This document shows, one piece after another, positions 18,751 to 28,419 of a DNA stretch of 64,000 nt. The position numbers and the translations under genes were made by a program. This DNA is from Elusimicrobiaceae bacterium. GTDB taxonomy: Bacteria; Elusimicrobiota; Elusimicrobia; Elusimicrobiales; Elusimicrobiaceae. The DNA is taken from contig JAEEMS010000026.1 in assembly GCA_016283355.1 (NCBI GenBank), forward strand, positions 28,947 through 92,946, given 5' to 3'. The notes beneath the pieces were generated by a model. The model was not told the DNA's origin, ran no database searches, and saw only the letters and a program-made list of their open reading frames with translations. How positions within the stretch are numbered: the first letter of the stretch is position 1; each line of letters starts with the position of its first letter.

Positions 18751-19308
18751 ATGGATACACAAACCATTGCTTTACAAGCTGTTACAAAAGTAATCGGACT
18801 GGAAACCATTCCAAGTACCCAAAGTTTGGCCCGTAGCTTAGTCCGCAGTCAGGAACACGCAACCTTGGTCTTGGCTTGCCGGCAAACAAATGCTTTTGAC
18901 CGTTTTGGGAACACTTTTCCCGCTACAGAAGGGGGCATTTATTTTACCCTTATTCTAAAACCGGGACGGGAAATTCCACTGGAAGCACTTACTCGCGCCC
19001 TCCAAAATGCCTTTGCAGATACGCTGGGAAAAGTTTTTGAATTAAAAACCAAATTAACAGCCGACGGGGATGTATTAACCTGGGACAAAACTTCCCATAA
19101 ACATAAAAAAATTGCCGGAATTTTGGCGGAAGAAAATGAAAGCGGCAACTACCTGCTCGGCGCAGGCATTTTTGTAAATAATAAAATACCTGCCCCCTTT
19201 AAAAGTTCTTGTATTTCTCTCAAAACTATTCTCGGCAGCGAAACGAGTAAAGAATTATTTTTGGATGATGTTTTGAATAATTTTTGGAAAGAATACGCGT
19301 TCCTATAA
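18751..19308 (+). CDS. BirA/biotin-protein-ligase-like protein, degenerate
   Basis: PSTQ, RQT, GGIYFTLIL, KKIAGILAE, GAGIFVN align with the BPL catalytic domain, but GRGRxG is absent. Confidence 0.7.
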   Translation: MDTQTIALQAVTKVIGLETIPSTQSLARSLVRSQEHATLVLACRQTNAFDRFGNTFPATEGGIYFTLILKPGREIPLEALTRALQNAFADTLGKVFELKTKLTADGDVLTWDKTSHKHKKIAGILAEENESGNYLLGAGIFVNNKIPAPFKSSCISLKTILGSETSKELFLDDVLNNFWKEYAFL

Positions 19309-19343
19309 AACCCCATCATCTTATCCAAAACCAACACTATATA

Positions 19344-19372
19344 TTTAAACCCCGCTTTCGGCGGGGTTTAAA
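19344..19372. terminator. bidirectional terminator between birA-like gene and tRNA-Val
   Basis: 12-bp stem tttaaaccccgc/gcggggtttaaa. Confidence 0.8.
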
Positions 19373-19376
19373 AATA

Positions 19377-19448
19377 TGGGCAGTACAGGATTTGAACCTG
19401 TGACCTTCCGCGTGTGAAGCGGACGCGCTACCGCTGCGCCAACTGCCC
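19377..19448 (-). tRNA. tRNA-Val (CAC)
   Basis: Reverse complement GGGCAGTTGGCGCAGCGGTAGCGCGTCCGCTTCACACGCGGAAGGTCACAGGTTCAAATCCTGTACTGCCCA; anticodon stem TCCGC/GCGGA with CAC; no encoded CCA. Confidence 0.95.
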
Positions 19449-19634
19449 TAAAATTTGCATAAATTGTAGAGGAAGAACCCTTTATTGTTCTTGTAAAAAG
19501 CCCCTCTTATTCTATTATACACAATTTTTATGGCACTTTAAAATACACTCGGGTTCCTTTTCTCTCTATTTCGAAGAAAAACCTTTGTCAAAAAAGGGTC
19601 CATCTATGCTATACTAACTTTAAGAGAGGGTTTT

Positions 19635-20651
19635 ATGTTCCGTTCTAAAACAGTTGAACAACTGGCACCAATTAACACGATCTGTTTAATGATTCTTGCC
19701 GCAAGTTCCGCTACCTGGGTACTTGTGTACACCAAAAGCATTTTAATGCCGTTTGTAATTGCGGTATTTTTTGTAATGGTAATGACAACCGTTGCCAAAT
19801 GGATGAACCAACGTTGGAAAACTCCGTATTGGTTGGGTCTTCTTACCAGCTTTTTAACTTTTATGGCTGTTACCACCTTGGCGGTTTCCTTTATTACCAG
19901 TTCTATTGAAAGTTTTGTAGACGGAGCCGGCATTTATACGGATCGCCTCAACGACAGTATCGACTGGGTCCTGGCCAAGGCACAAAATTTTCACATCAAT
20001 ATTAACGCACAATTTGTAACGGAATCCGTTGCCAAATTACCGGTATTTAATATGGTAAAAAGTGTAGGCAGTTTGGTTGTTTCTATCCTTACCAACATAC
20101 TGCTGATATTGCTCTTTGTCATTTTTATCCTAATGGGCAAAGCATCTGATGAAAAACCCGATTTTGTCGGCACAATTCAACGGCAAATTTCCTTTTATTT
20201 AATCGTTAAAATTTCCGTCTCTCTGTTAGCGGCACTATGCACCTGGATTGTACTGGCCTCTGTCCGTACGGAATTGGCCTCCATGTTAGCGGTACTTACA
20301 TTCATTCTTAATTTCATTCCGAATATCGGCCCCTTGATTGCCACTATTTCGCCGGTGCCCGTACTTTTCCTTCAATACGGGTTTGATTGGCACATCGTTT
20401 TAGTTCTTTGTTTGCTTACGGCCTTACATTTTCTTATCGGAAACATTTTAGAAACCAAATGGCTGGGCAAAGGCATGGATTTGGACCCAATTGTTGTAGT
20501 AGCTTGTTTAATTTTTTGGGCCTTGGTTTGGGGCGTAATGGGAGCATTGTTAGCCGTACCGTTGACCGCCATCATCAAAATGGTCTTCGAACGCTACGAT
20601 ACTACCAAACCGCTCGCTAAAATTTTAGGGGGGAATTTTTTACTCAAATGA
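19635..20651 (+). CDS. AI-2E family transporter
   Basis: LNFIPNIGPLIA, GNILETKWLGKGMDLDP, WGVMGALLAVPL. Confidence 0.92.
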   Translation: MFRSKTVEQLAPINTICLMILAASSATWVLVYTKSILMPFVIAVFFVMVMTTVAKWMNQRWKTPYWLGLLTSFLTFMAVTTLAVSFITSSIESFVDGAGIYTDRLNDSIDWVLAKAQNFHININAQFVTESVAKLPVFNMVKSVGSLVVSILTNILLILLFVIFILMGKASDEKPDFVGTIQRQISFYLIVKISVSLLAALCTWIVLASVRTELASMLAVLTFILNFIPNIGPLIATISPVPVLFLQYGFDWHIVLVLCLLTALHFLIGNILETKWLGKGMDLDPIVVVACLIFWALVWGVMGALLAVPLTAIIKMVFERYDTTKPLAKILGGNFLLK

Positions 20652-21970
20652 AAAAAAATCCTTGGTTATACACTCCTACGCTTTACTTGGCGGAAGGTTT
20701 CCCGTATGTGATTATCAACACTGTATCGGTGTTGCTCTACGGTGCATTGGGTTACGCCAACGAACAAATTACATTTTGGACCGGGTGGCTTTATTTACCT
20801 TGGGTACTCAAAATGTTTTGGAGCCCTCTTTTAGATGCTCACTCCACAAAACGCACGTGGCTTATCGGTGCCCAAACGGCAATGAGTGCTATTTTCCTGC
20901 TTATTGCTGCCGTCATCTGTTGGCATGCCTTTGCCCATGCACACGCTACACAAAACCTTACGTTTTTTACGCTCTCTCTCTTTGGATTTTTGTTAGGCGC
21001 TTTTGTTTCCGCCACTTTGGATATTGCCACAGACGGCTATTATCTTTTGGCTCTTTCCTTGCGGGAACAGGGATACTTTGTAGGAATTCGTACTTTTTTC
21101 TACCGGGTTGCTATGATTTTAGGAAGCGGAATTCTCGTCTCCATGGTGGGATTTTTGGAAAAAGAAGGGGTTTTCTCTCCCTACAGCTGGGTTGCTTTCT
21201 TTGGTGTGATGGCCATTTTCTTCGCTCTTTGCGCCGTATATCACAACGCTTTTTTACCCTTCCCGGCCGAAGACAAACCTGTGGAACACACCCAAGGGCA
21301 GGCCTGGAAGGAATCGTTTCAAGAATACTTTTCGCAAAAGAACATTCTGTATATCTTGCTGTTCATCCTTCTTTATCGCTTTGGGGAAGGATTGCTTGAG
21401 AAAATAGTACCGTTGTTCCTAACCAAGCCGATAGAAGAAGGGGCTATGGGTATTTCCATGCAAAGCTACGGGCTCATTAAAGGAACTTACGGTATCGGAG
21501 CGATCATCTTGGGGAATTTATTGGGAGGATGGTTGTTGGGAAAATTTGGGTTTAAAAAATGTATATGGCCTTTTGCCCTTGCCTTAGTGTTACCCAATAT
21601 TTTCTACGTGTACTTAGCTGCCGCCAAACCGGGACTCGCTATGGTGGGATTGTTGATTACGCTGGAGAATTTCGGTTACGGCTTGGCCATGATGGCTTTG
21701 ACCGTATTTATTATGTATATTTCTCAAGGGCAATATAAAACGTCTCACTACGCCATTTCCACCGGCATTATGGCTTTAGGGATGATGATCCCTTCTATGT
21801 TATCCGGCAAATTACAGGCGTGGTTGGGATATCAAAATTTCTTTTGGACGGCTTTCGGCATCAGCTTAATTACGTTTGCAATTGTTCCGTTGGCCTTCAA
21901 AATCAAAACATTAGATGAAACGGAAGCAAAATTTAATCAAAACAAACACGCCGTGGAGGATGCTCAATGA
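20648..21970 (+). CDS. ampG: AmpG-like MFS muropeptide permease
   Basis: PWVLKMFWSP, SATLDIATDGYY, LYRFGE, TSHYAISTG; adjacent to murQ/anmK/nagZ. Confidence 0.8.
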   Translation: MKKNPWLYTPTLYLAEGFPYVIINTVSVLLYGALGYANEQITFWTGWLYLPWVLKMFWSPLLDAHSTKRTWLIGAQTAMSAIFLLIAAVICWHAFAHAHATQNLTFFTLSLFGFLLGAFVSATLDIATDGYYLLALSLREQGYFVGIRTFFYRVAMILGSGILVSMVGFLEKEGVFSPYSWVAFFGVMAIFFALCAVYHNAFLPFPAEDKPVEHTQGQAWKESFQEYFSQKNILYILLFILLYRFGEGLLEKIVPLFLTKPIEEGAMGISMQSYGLIKGTYGIGAIILGNLLGGWLLGKFGFKKCIWPFALALVLPNIFYVYLAAAKPGLAMVGLLITLENFGYGLAMMALTVFIMYISQGQYKTSHYAISTGIMALGMMIPSMLSGKLQAWLGYQNFFWTAFGISLITFAIVPLAFKIKTLDETEAKFNQNKHAVEDAQ

Positions 21971-22866
21971 AAGAAAAAGTAGCACTCAATCAATTGGCTA
22001 CGGAAACCCGCAACCAAAACACGCTCGATTTAGATCGTTTAACCCCGCGTCAAATTGCCCGCAAAATCAATGCGGAAGATTTGACGGCTGCACGTGCCGT
22101 ACAACACGCCAATAAAGAAATCGGCCAAGTGATGTTAATGGCTGCACAAGCTTATGCTTCCAAACATAAAATTATTTTCATGGGGGCCGGCACCAGCGGA
22201 CGCTTGGGAATTTTGGAAGCCGTTGAATGTGTTCCTACTTTTGGGACGAAACCTTCCGATATTATCGGCATTATTGCTGGCGGCAAAAAAGCTATTTTCC
22301 GTGCACAAGAGGGAGCCGAAGACAGTGCCCCGTTAGGCGCCGCAGATGTAACAAAAACAGCCAAAAAAGGGGACTTGATCATTGGTATAACCGCCAGCGG
22401 CCGCACCCCTTATGTAATGGGAGCCCTTAAAAAAGCACAACAAATCGGCGCGCATACGGCCCTCGTTTCCTGCAATGGGAAAGCCGACACTTCTTATGCG
22501 GATGTTCATATTTTTCTGCCTACCGGACCGGAGGCCTTGTGCGGTTCTACCCGCATGAAAGCGGGCACTGCCACCAAAATGGCCCTCAATGCCATTACCA
22601 CCGGAGCCATGACTCTTTGCGGAAAAACATATCACAACTTAATGATAGATGTACAACCCACCAATTTAAAGTTAGTCGCCCGCGCAACCCGCCTCATTAG
22701 CGAAGTTGCCAAAACGGACGAGAAAACCGCCCAAAAATTATTAAAAGCGGCGGGAATGCATGTAAAAACAGCCGTTGTTATGCATTGCAAAAAAGTAAAT
22801 CGGCAAGAAGCTGAAAGGTTGCTTAAAAAGCATAAGGGCTTTTTGACCAGGGTAATTGATGACTAA
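21967..22866 (+). CDS. murQ: N-acetylmuramic acid 6-phosphate etherase
   Basis: TETRN, GAGTSGRLGILEAVECVPTFG, GAED, TASGRTPY, GSTRMKAGTATKM. Confidence 0.97.
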   Translation: MKEKVALNQLATETRNQNTLDLDRLTPRQIARKINAEDLTAARAVQHANKEIGQVMLMAAQAYASKHKIIFMGAGTSGRLGILEAVECVPTFGTKPSDIIGIIAGGKKAIFRAQEGAEDSAPLGAADVTKTAKKGDLIIGITASGRTPYVMGALKKAQQIGAHTALVSCNGKADTSYADVHIFLPTGPEALCGSTRMKAGTATKMALNAITTGAMTLCGKTYHNLMIDVQPTNLKLVARATRLISEVAKTDEKTAQKLLKAAGMHVKTAVVMHCKKVNRQEAERLLKKHKGFLTRVIDD

Positions 22867-23950
22867 ACTTGCTTTAGGACTGATGAGCGGCACCAGCGCA
22901 GACGGCTTAACCGTCTGCGCGGTGTCGTTGCGTCCTTTTAAAATTCATTGTTTTAAAAATTACCCCTATACCTCTTCTTTTCAAAAAAAATTGTTGGAAG
23001 CTTACAATTTAAAAGCACCGCAATTAAGTGCCTTGCACTACGAAATCGGTCAGGTTTACACCCAAATCGTGCAACGTTTTTTAAAAGATTTTCATTTGAA
23101 ATCAAACAATCTTTCCGTTATCGGTTCGCACGGACAAACAATCTACCACGGACCGAAAGATAAAATTCCCAACACCTTACAAATCGGAGAACCCTCTTTT
23201 ATGGCCGCTACTTTTCACTGCCCGGTCGTAAGCGATTTCCGTGCCATGGACATGGCTTTGGGCGGGGAAGGAGCCCCTTTAATGCCGTTTTTTGACGAAT
23301 ATATTTGGGGCCGGGAAAAAACACCCGTAATTTTGCTCAATATCGGCGGAATTTCCAATTTCTCCGTGGTCGGCAAAGGGATAAAAACGTTTGGTTTTGA
23401 CGTAGGCCCCGGAAATACTTTAATTGATTTAATTTGCCAAGAGCAATTTCATCAACCTTTTGACAAAAACGGGGCCGCCGCCGCTAAGGGAACTCCCGAT
23501 AAAAAACGAGTAGCCGCACTCTTAAAACAACCTTATTTCCGTCAAAAACCACCTAAAAGTTTGGATAAAAACACCTACGGCGTTTCTTATGTGAAGCGCT
23601 ATTTCCCATCGGAAAAATTCCGAAACAAGTATGATTTAATTGCCACCGCCACTTGGTTTACAGCATCTTGCATCGCTGACGCCATTGTACGTTTTGTGCC
23701 TAAAAAAGCCCAGCATAAACTGGTTATTTCCGGCGGAGGATGTTACAACAAAACACTTCTAAAAGATTTGCGTCAATTATTGCCGCATTTGGTCATTACT
23801 ACTTCCCAAGCGGAAGGAATTGACCCTCAAGCCAAAGAAAGTGCTGCGTTTGCGTTATTTGGATCTTTGGCCTTGCAACAAAAAACGAATCACTGTGCGT
23901 ACGCCACCGGTGCGCGCAAAAATGCTATTTTAGGGAAGGTGTGCCGATGA
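22859..23950 (+). CDS. anmK: anhydro-N-acetylmuramic acid kinase
   Basis: GLMSGTSADG, SHGQTIYH, DFRAMDMALGGEGAPL, NIGGISN, GFDVGPGN. Confidence 0.97.
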   Translation: MTKLALGLMSGTSADGLTVCAVSLRPFKIHCFKNYPYTSSFQKKLLEAYNLKAPQLSALHYEIGQVYTQIVQRFLKDFHLKSNNLSVIGSHGQTIYHGPKDKIPNTLQIGEPSFMAATFHCPVVSDFRAMDMALGGEGAPLMPFFDEYIWGREKTPVILLNIGGISNFSVVGKGIKTFGFDVGPGNTLIDLICQEQFHQPFDKNGAAAAKGTPDKKRVAALLKQPYFRQKPPKSLDKNTYGVSYVKRYFPSEKFRNKYDLIATATWFTASCIADAIVRFVPKKAQHKLVISGGGCYNKTLLKDLRQLLPHLVITTSQAEGIDPQAKESAAFALFGSLALQQKTNHCAYATGARKNAILGKVCR

Positions 23951-25359
23951 ATGTAAATCGTTTAGTTTTTCCAGGGTTTTGGTTTGGTAAGACGACAGAA
24001 GAAGAGGCGTTGGAATTAGCCCGTGCTGGCGTTGGAGGGTTCTGTTTATACGGCGGCACCAAACAATCCGTTATGGACCTTATCCGCAAATTACGTGCGG
24101 CGTCTCCGCTGCGACGTATCTTAATTGCGGCCGATTACGAAGACGGTCTGGGCCGGTGGTTACCCGATACCGAATTATTACCTTCCAACTTAGCGTTGGG
24201 GGCGGCGGATGATGAACATTTAGCTTTTGAAAAAGGATTTATTACCGCTTATCAAGCCCGTTTGTTAGGGGTCGATTGGGTTTTTGCGCCTGTCGTAGAT
24301 TTGGCAGATAATTCCGAAAACCCGATTATTAATACCCGTTCTTTCGGTAAAGATCCGGAAAAAATTATTCCGTTGGCGCGTGCTTTTATGAAAGGATTGG
24401 CACAAGGGGGCGTTTTAAACTCGCTAAAACATTTCCCCGGCCACGGAAATACCTCTACCGATTCTCACTTGGCCATGCCGATTATTAAAGCCGATAAAGA
24501 AGAAATGAAAAGATCGCTCCAACCTTTTCAATCCCTATTAAAAGAAGCGGATAGCGTAATGGTAGGGCACTTGCTCTTACCGCTTGTGGATGATAAAAAC
24601 CCGGCCTCTCTCTCCCCTCTGTTAATCCGAGATTTACTCCAAAATCGGATGGGATTTAAAAAATGTGTTTGCACGGATGCTCTGTCCATGAAAGCATTGG
24701 GAGACGAAAAACAGGCCGCCTTGCAAGCATTACAAGCCGGAGCGCATGCGTTAATGGTTCCTGCCAAACCGATGGAACTGTTAACGTTCTTAAAAGAAGC
24801 TTCTATTCCACAGAATATACTAAAAAATGCGGAGCAGCACCTCAATGCATTGTGTGCACAAGCGGATGAAATTTCCAGTTCCGCTTCCACGCTCAAACCA
24901 CATGTAGGGGATTATCTGATCGCGGCAGCGCGTAAGTCGTTGGTGTTACAAGGATCGTTACCCCCCTTGGAACCCGGAGAAACGGTACATTACCTGAATA
25001 TCGGAAACGATGAAAACATATCGGAAACTCCTTTTTTGGATACACTCACTGCGCATGGTATCAATACCGAACTTTTTGAATCGCAAGCCAACCTACTTGT
25101 CATTTTGTTCTGGCGACGCTATCAGGCATTTAAAGGGAAAATCAGTTTAACGGAAGAAGAACTGAAACAAATTCAGCAAGCTTCTTTACAAGCCAAACAT
25201 ACCGTCCTCATTTGTCTGGCAAATCCTTGGTCCGTTTCAGCGGTAGCCGCAGAAGCAAAAATTCTTACGTTCAGTCCTGCCCCCGCTTTCCAACAAGCGG
25301 CCGCCGAAACGCTGGTGGGAAAACTCCTTCCGGCCGGCCGGCTCCCGGTAGTCCTGTAA
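23947..25359 (+). CDS. nagZ: glycoside hydrolase family 3 (NagZ-type beta-N-acetylglucosaminidase)
   Basis: KHFPGHG, DSH, FAPVVD, NTRSFG, TDALSM; located in the peptidoglycan-recycling operon. Confidence 0.88.
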   Translation: MNVNRLVFPGFWFGKTTEEEALELARAGVGGFCLYGGTKQSVMDLIRKLRAASPLRRILIAADYEDGLGRWLPDTELLPSNLALGAADDEHLAFEKGFITAYQARLLGVDWVFAPVVDLADNSENPIINTRSFGKDPEKIIPLARAFMKGLAQGGVLNSLKHFPGHGNTSTDSHLAMPIIKADKEEMKRSLQPFQSLLKEADSVMVGHLLLPLVDDKNPASLSPLLIRDLLQNRMGFKKCVCTDALSMKALGDEKQAALQALQAGAHALMVPAKPMELLTFLKEASIPQNILKNAEQHLNALCAQADEISSSASTLKPHVGDYLIAAARKSLVLQGSLPPLEPGETVHYLNIGNDENISETPFLDTLTAHGINTELFESQANLLVILFWRRYQAFKGKISLTEEELKQIQQASLQAKHTVLICLANPWSVSAVAAEAKILTFSPAPAFQQAAAETLVGKLLPAGRLPVVL

Positions 25360-25384
25360 GCCAACTGTTTGTAAAAGATATTAC

Positions 25385-25409
25385 AAAGCCCCGTTTTGAC
25401 GGGGCTTTT
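25385..25409. terminator. bidirectional terminator
   Basis: aaagccccgt/acggggcttt stem between convergent genes. Confidence 0.8.
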
Positions 25410-25446
25410 AAATTAAGCGGCAAAATTTAAATACCAAGTTGAAGAA

Positions 25447-26817
25447 TTACTCGTCTTCATATAGAAGATTCCCATCATCCAAACAAATGGTGCTATTCCC
25501 AAAATATTTATGAGATTCCACAATGGCGTTTTTAGGAATTTTTAATGTGGGATTTTTTTTGGCGCGTTCTTGCATAACGTAATAGTAAGGAACCCCTTTT
25601 AATGCTGTTTGGCGCGGTTGTTCCTTGGATTGGACAAAATAACGCAACCGATGTTTGGTGACCGCCACGGACCGAACATCCATTTTATCCTTTAACGTTT
25701 CCGGCGAACATAATGTTTCTTTTTGCAACATGGCATATTCCGCCCGGGAAATTTCTACAAACCCTTGGTCTTTCAGGCGTTGGGCCGCCAACTCGGCTTT
25801 TTGTAACATTGCTTCGGAAGGCGGTACATCTTGGTTTGGCAATAAAAAGGGTTTGTTTTTATTTTTAGGATTCTTTGCCACTTCACTGTAAACTGCTAAT
25901 CCTGCTTCCGTCAAACAACTTGCTTCGTCAAAAACAGGATTTCCTTTGCGGTCCCGTAGAGAAAATACATCCTTAATCGGAACACCGGCTTGCTGAAACG
26001 TGTTCATTGCATCTTGCCCCAAGTTTTTTTGAAGGGCTTGATACCCACTGTAAGATAAGATTTCACGTGAAAAGTCGGTATCCTTGTTGAGAGTAATGAT
26101 ATATTCAGGTGGCATTTTAGGAAATTTACCTTTCAAATAATCAATACCGCGACGTTGTTCGGTACGATGCATTTGTCGAAAAAGGGTCTTTTCTTTATCC
26201 GTCAATGTAGTCGTTTCCGGCGCGATTGCATAGCGTTGTTTTAACGCATTTAAAATTTCCTCATCCGAAAAATAATCCGGCTCTAAATTGATGAGTCGTT
26301 TGCGGGCAATTAAATTCAACGGTTCTACCGCCAAGGCAGATTGATACGCTTGCGCGGCATCCTGTTTATTCCCTTGATACTCCAAAATAATCCCTTTCCC
26401 CACGCGGGAATTTACGTTTGCCGGGTTGTATTCCAACGATTTATTGTACATTTCAAGAGCTGAATCGTTGTCTTTTTTCTTGAGGGCAATATCCCCTAAC
26501 ATAGAATAGGTATACGCCCAATAAGGGGAATTACGCTTCATGTTTTTTAAGGCCGAATTAAAATGTTCTTCCGCTTCCGACAGGCGATCCAACGTCAATA
26601 ATGCTCCCGCCAGCGAAAGCTGTGCATCCACATTTTTAGGATCTTGTGCGCTGCATTGCGAAAATTGTTCTACAGCTTCCCGGTACTGTTGGGCAGCAAA
26701 AAATTGTTTGCCCTTATCCAAGCAATTCCCTTCTACCGCACCGTATAGCGGCCGGGCTACCCAGCAAAGGACTCCGGCAAATACACAGCATTTAAAAAAA
26801 CGTTTTGAATATTCCAT
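25447..26817 (-). CDS. secreted tetratricopeptide repeat protein with unknown C-terminal domain
   Basis: Signal peptide; several TPRs (AYTYSMLGDIALKK, YNKSLEYNP, YQSALAVEP). Confidence 0.85.
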   Translation of the reverse strand: MEYSKRFFKCCVFAGVLCWVARPLYGAVEGNCLDKGKQFFAAQQYREAVEQFSQCSAQDPKNVDAQLSLAGALLTLDRLSEAEEHFNSALKNMKRNSPYWAYTYSMLGDIALKKKDNDSALEMYNKSLEYNPANVNSRVGKGIILEYQGNKQDAAQAYQSALAVEPLNLIARKRLINLEPDYFSDEEILNALKQRYAIAPETTTLTDKEKTLFRQMHRTEQRRGIDYLKGKFPKMPPEYIITLNKDTDFSREILSYSGYQALQKNLGQDAMNTFQQAGVPIKDVFSLRDRKGNPVFDEASCLTEAGLAVYSEVAKNPKNKNKPFLLPNQDVPPSEAMLQKAELAAQRLKDQGFVEISRAEYAMLQKETLCSPETLKDKMDVRSVAVTKHRLRYFVQSKEQPRQTALKGVPYYYVMQERAKKNPTLKIPKNAIVESHKYFGNSTICLDDGNLLYEDE

Positions 26818-27589
26818 AAAGCACCATTTTTACCTTTTCCGGTTTAGAAAGTTTGACCGGTTGTTCATTATAAAAATCGCTTTTCTCTATTTTAGCAAGA
26901 TTTTCTAAATATACATATCCCATAATGCGGCAAGGCAACATTTTAAAACGAGGGAATTGCTTCATCAATTCAAAGGCCTCCTTGTAGTATTGATGTGCTT
27001 GCTGCGCCGTTTGTTGCAAAAGTGCTTTTATCTGCGGCAAAAACTCCTTCTGCAAAACTTGTTGCGATGTAAAATTCCCGGGTAAATATACCCGGCCTAG
27101 CCGTGCATCTTGTGCTACATCCCGCACAATATTCGTCAACTGAACGGCTCTTCCCAACGCCCAGGCCAACGCATCCGCTTGTGATCCTTTTAGCCCTAAA
27201 ATATCCAGTGTTCCTTGCCCTACCACAACTGCCACGCGATGCAAATATTCGTTCAATGATTCAAAAGTCGGATATTTTTTCCCATTCAAATCGTCACGCA
27301 TTCCCGCTATTAACAACAAAAAACGATCTCTTTCCATGTGGAAAGTTTGCACATCTTGTTGCAAGCGTTTCCCCAGTTGCGTTTGGGCCGTTTGGGCAAA
27401 AATTCGTTGCACTTCTTCTTCCCAATCCGCCAATTCTTTTAAGGGGTACGCGCGCGGTTCATCGGCAATATCGTCCATTAAACGGCAGAATTCATAATAA
27501 TCCGCCAGTGCCACGCGCCGACGGGAAGACAAAAAGAAAAACGCAGGGCCGAAACTGGATTTCTTATATGAATTTTGTACGTTTATCAT
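26792..27589 (-). CDS. phytoene/squalene synthase family protein (HpnD/CrtB-like)
   Basis: SSFGPAF, YEFCRLMDDIAD, LNEYLHRVA, GRAVQLTNIVRDVAQDARLGRVYLP. Confidence 0.9.
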   Translation of the reverse strand: MINVQNSYKKSSFGPAFFFLSSRRRVALADYYEFCRLMDDIADEPRAYPLKELADWEEEVQRIFAQTAQTQLGKRLQQDVQTFHMERDRFLLLIAGMRDDLNGKKYPTFESLNEYLHRVAVVVGQGTLDILGLKGSQADALAWALGRAVQLTNIVRDVAQDARLGRVYLPGNFTSQQVLQKEFLPQIKALLQQTAQQAHQYYKEAFELMKQFPRFKMLPCRIMGYVYLENLAKIEKSDFYNEQPVKLSKPEKVKMVLYGIFKTFF

Positions 27590-28419
27590 TTATGTTTATT
27601 TTTAAAATAAGACAATGCCGCGCCGGTAGCCGTGGCATAAATGGCATTTTTAGGGATAATAAAATTAACGCCGTGCATTTCCTTGAGCTGTGCAAAAAGA
27701 TGCTTCGCCGAAGGCACCAACGTAAGTGTACCGGTAAGCACCACATCCTTTACGCGGTCATTTCGGCAAGCGAACACAGCCATCATGCCAATGGTCTGAA
27801 AAACCATATTAAGCACACCGCACGCCAAATCTGCCGGGGTAAGTCCGTCAGCCATTTTCCCAAAATTAGATGCGGTAATTTCGGGTGACAAAGAGGATAT
27901 TTTTGTAGCACTGATATCCCCAATGTTTAAATCTACTTTTGATAAATCCCCTTCTTCCGCTAACTCCACAATGCTTTGAAAAGATTTGACATCGCATAAT
28001 TGGTGGCACAATCCTACAACCGTTCCGCCACCCACACCAGATCCGCCAATATGTTCGCTCCCGTTTTTCCCGGCGCGTACGAATGCCGTCCCAGTGCCCA
28101 TGCTCACAATGAGCCCTTCTTTTTTACCCGACAGCGCAAGACCGCCTAACCCTATGGCTTGGAATTCATCTACTTTGGAAGTTGCAATTCCATAGATTTT
28201 ATTTTTAAACAAAGAAGACCCTACTCCCGTGAGAATAATTTGTTTTACATCTGCCAAAGATAATTTATTCTCATTCACAAATTTACCCAATGCACCATAT
28301 GCGGAGGTCAACGGATCCGCCGCTTCCACTTTCAGCATGGAGATAAGCTTTGCTTTATCGGTGTATCCCACAATTTTTGTGGTGGATCCCCCTACATCAA
28401 TTCCAATAATTACGCTCAT
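27586..28419 (-). CDS. coaW: type II (fumble/CoaW-like) pantothenate kinase
   Basis: IGIDVGGSTTKIV, LTGVG, DEFQA, IVSMGTGT, HIGGSGVGGGT, DLNIGDI, ASNFGK. Confidence 0.78.
   Translation of the reverse strand: MSVIIGIDVGGSTTKIVGYTDKAKLISMLKVEAADPLTSAYGALGKFVNENKLSLADVKQIILTGVGSSLFKNKIYGIATSKVDEFQAIGLGGLALSGKKEGLIVSMGTGTAFVRAGKNGSEHIGGSGVGGGTVVGLCHQLCDVKSFQSIVELAEEGDLSKVDLNIGDISATKISSLSPEITASNFGKMADGLTPADLACGVLNMVFQTIGMMAVFACRNDRVKDVVLTGTLTLVPSAKHLFAQLKEMHGVNFIIPKNAIYATATGAALSYFKNKHK

Noticed and set aside
20662-21399. 245-aa alternative-frame ORF inside the ampG-like gene
   Set aside because: Fully nested in a well-supported CDS, with no motifs; likely a shadow ORF.
27103-27888. 261-aa plus-strand ORF
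   Set aside because: Antisense to the synthase and PanK genes; no recognisable features.
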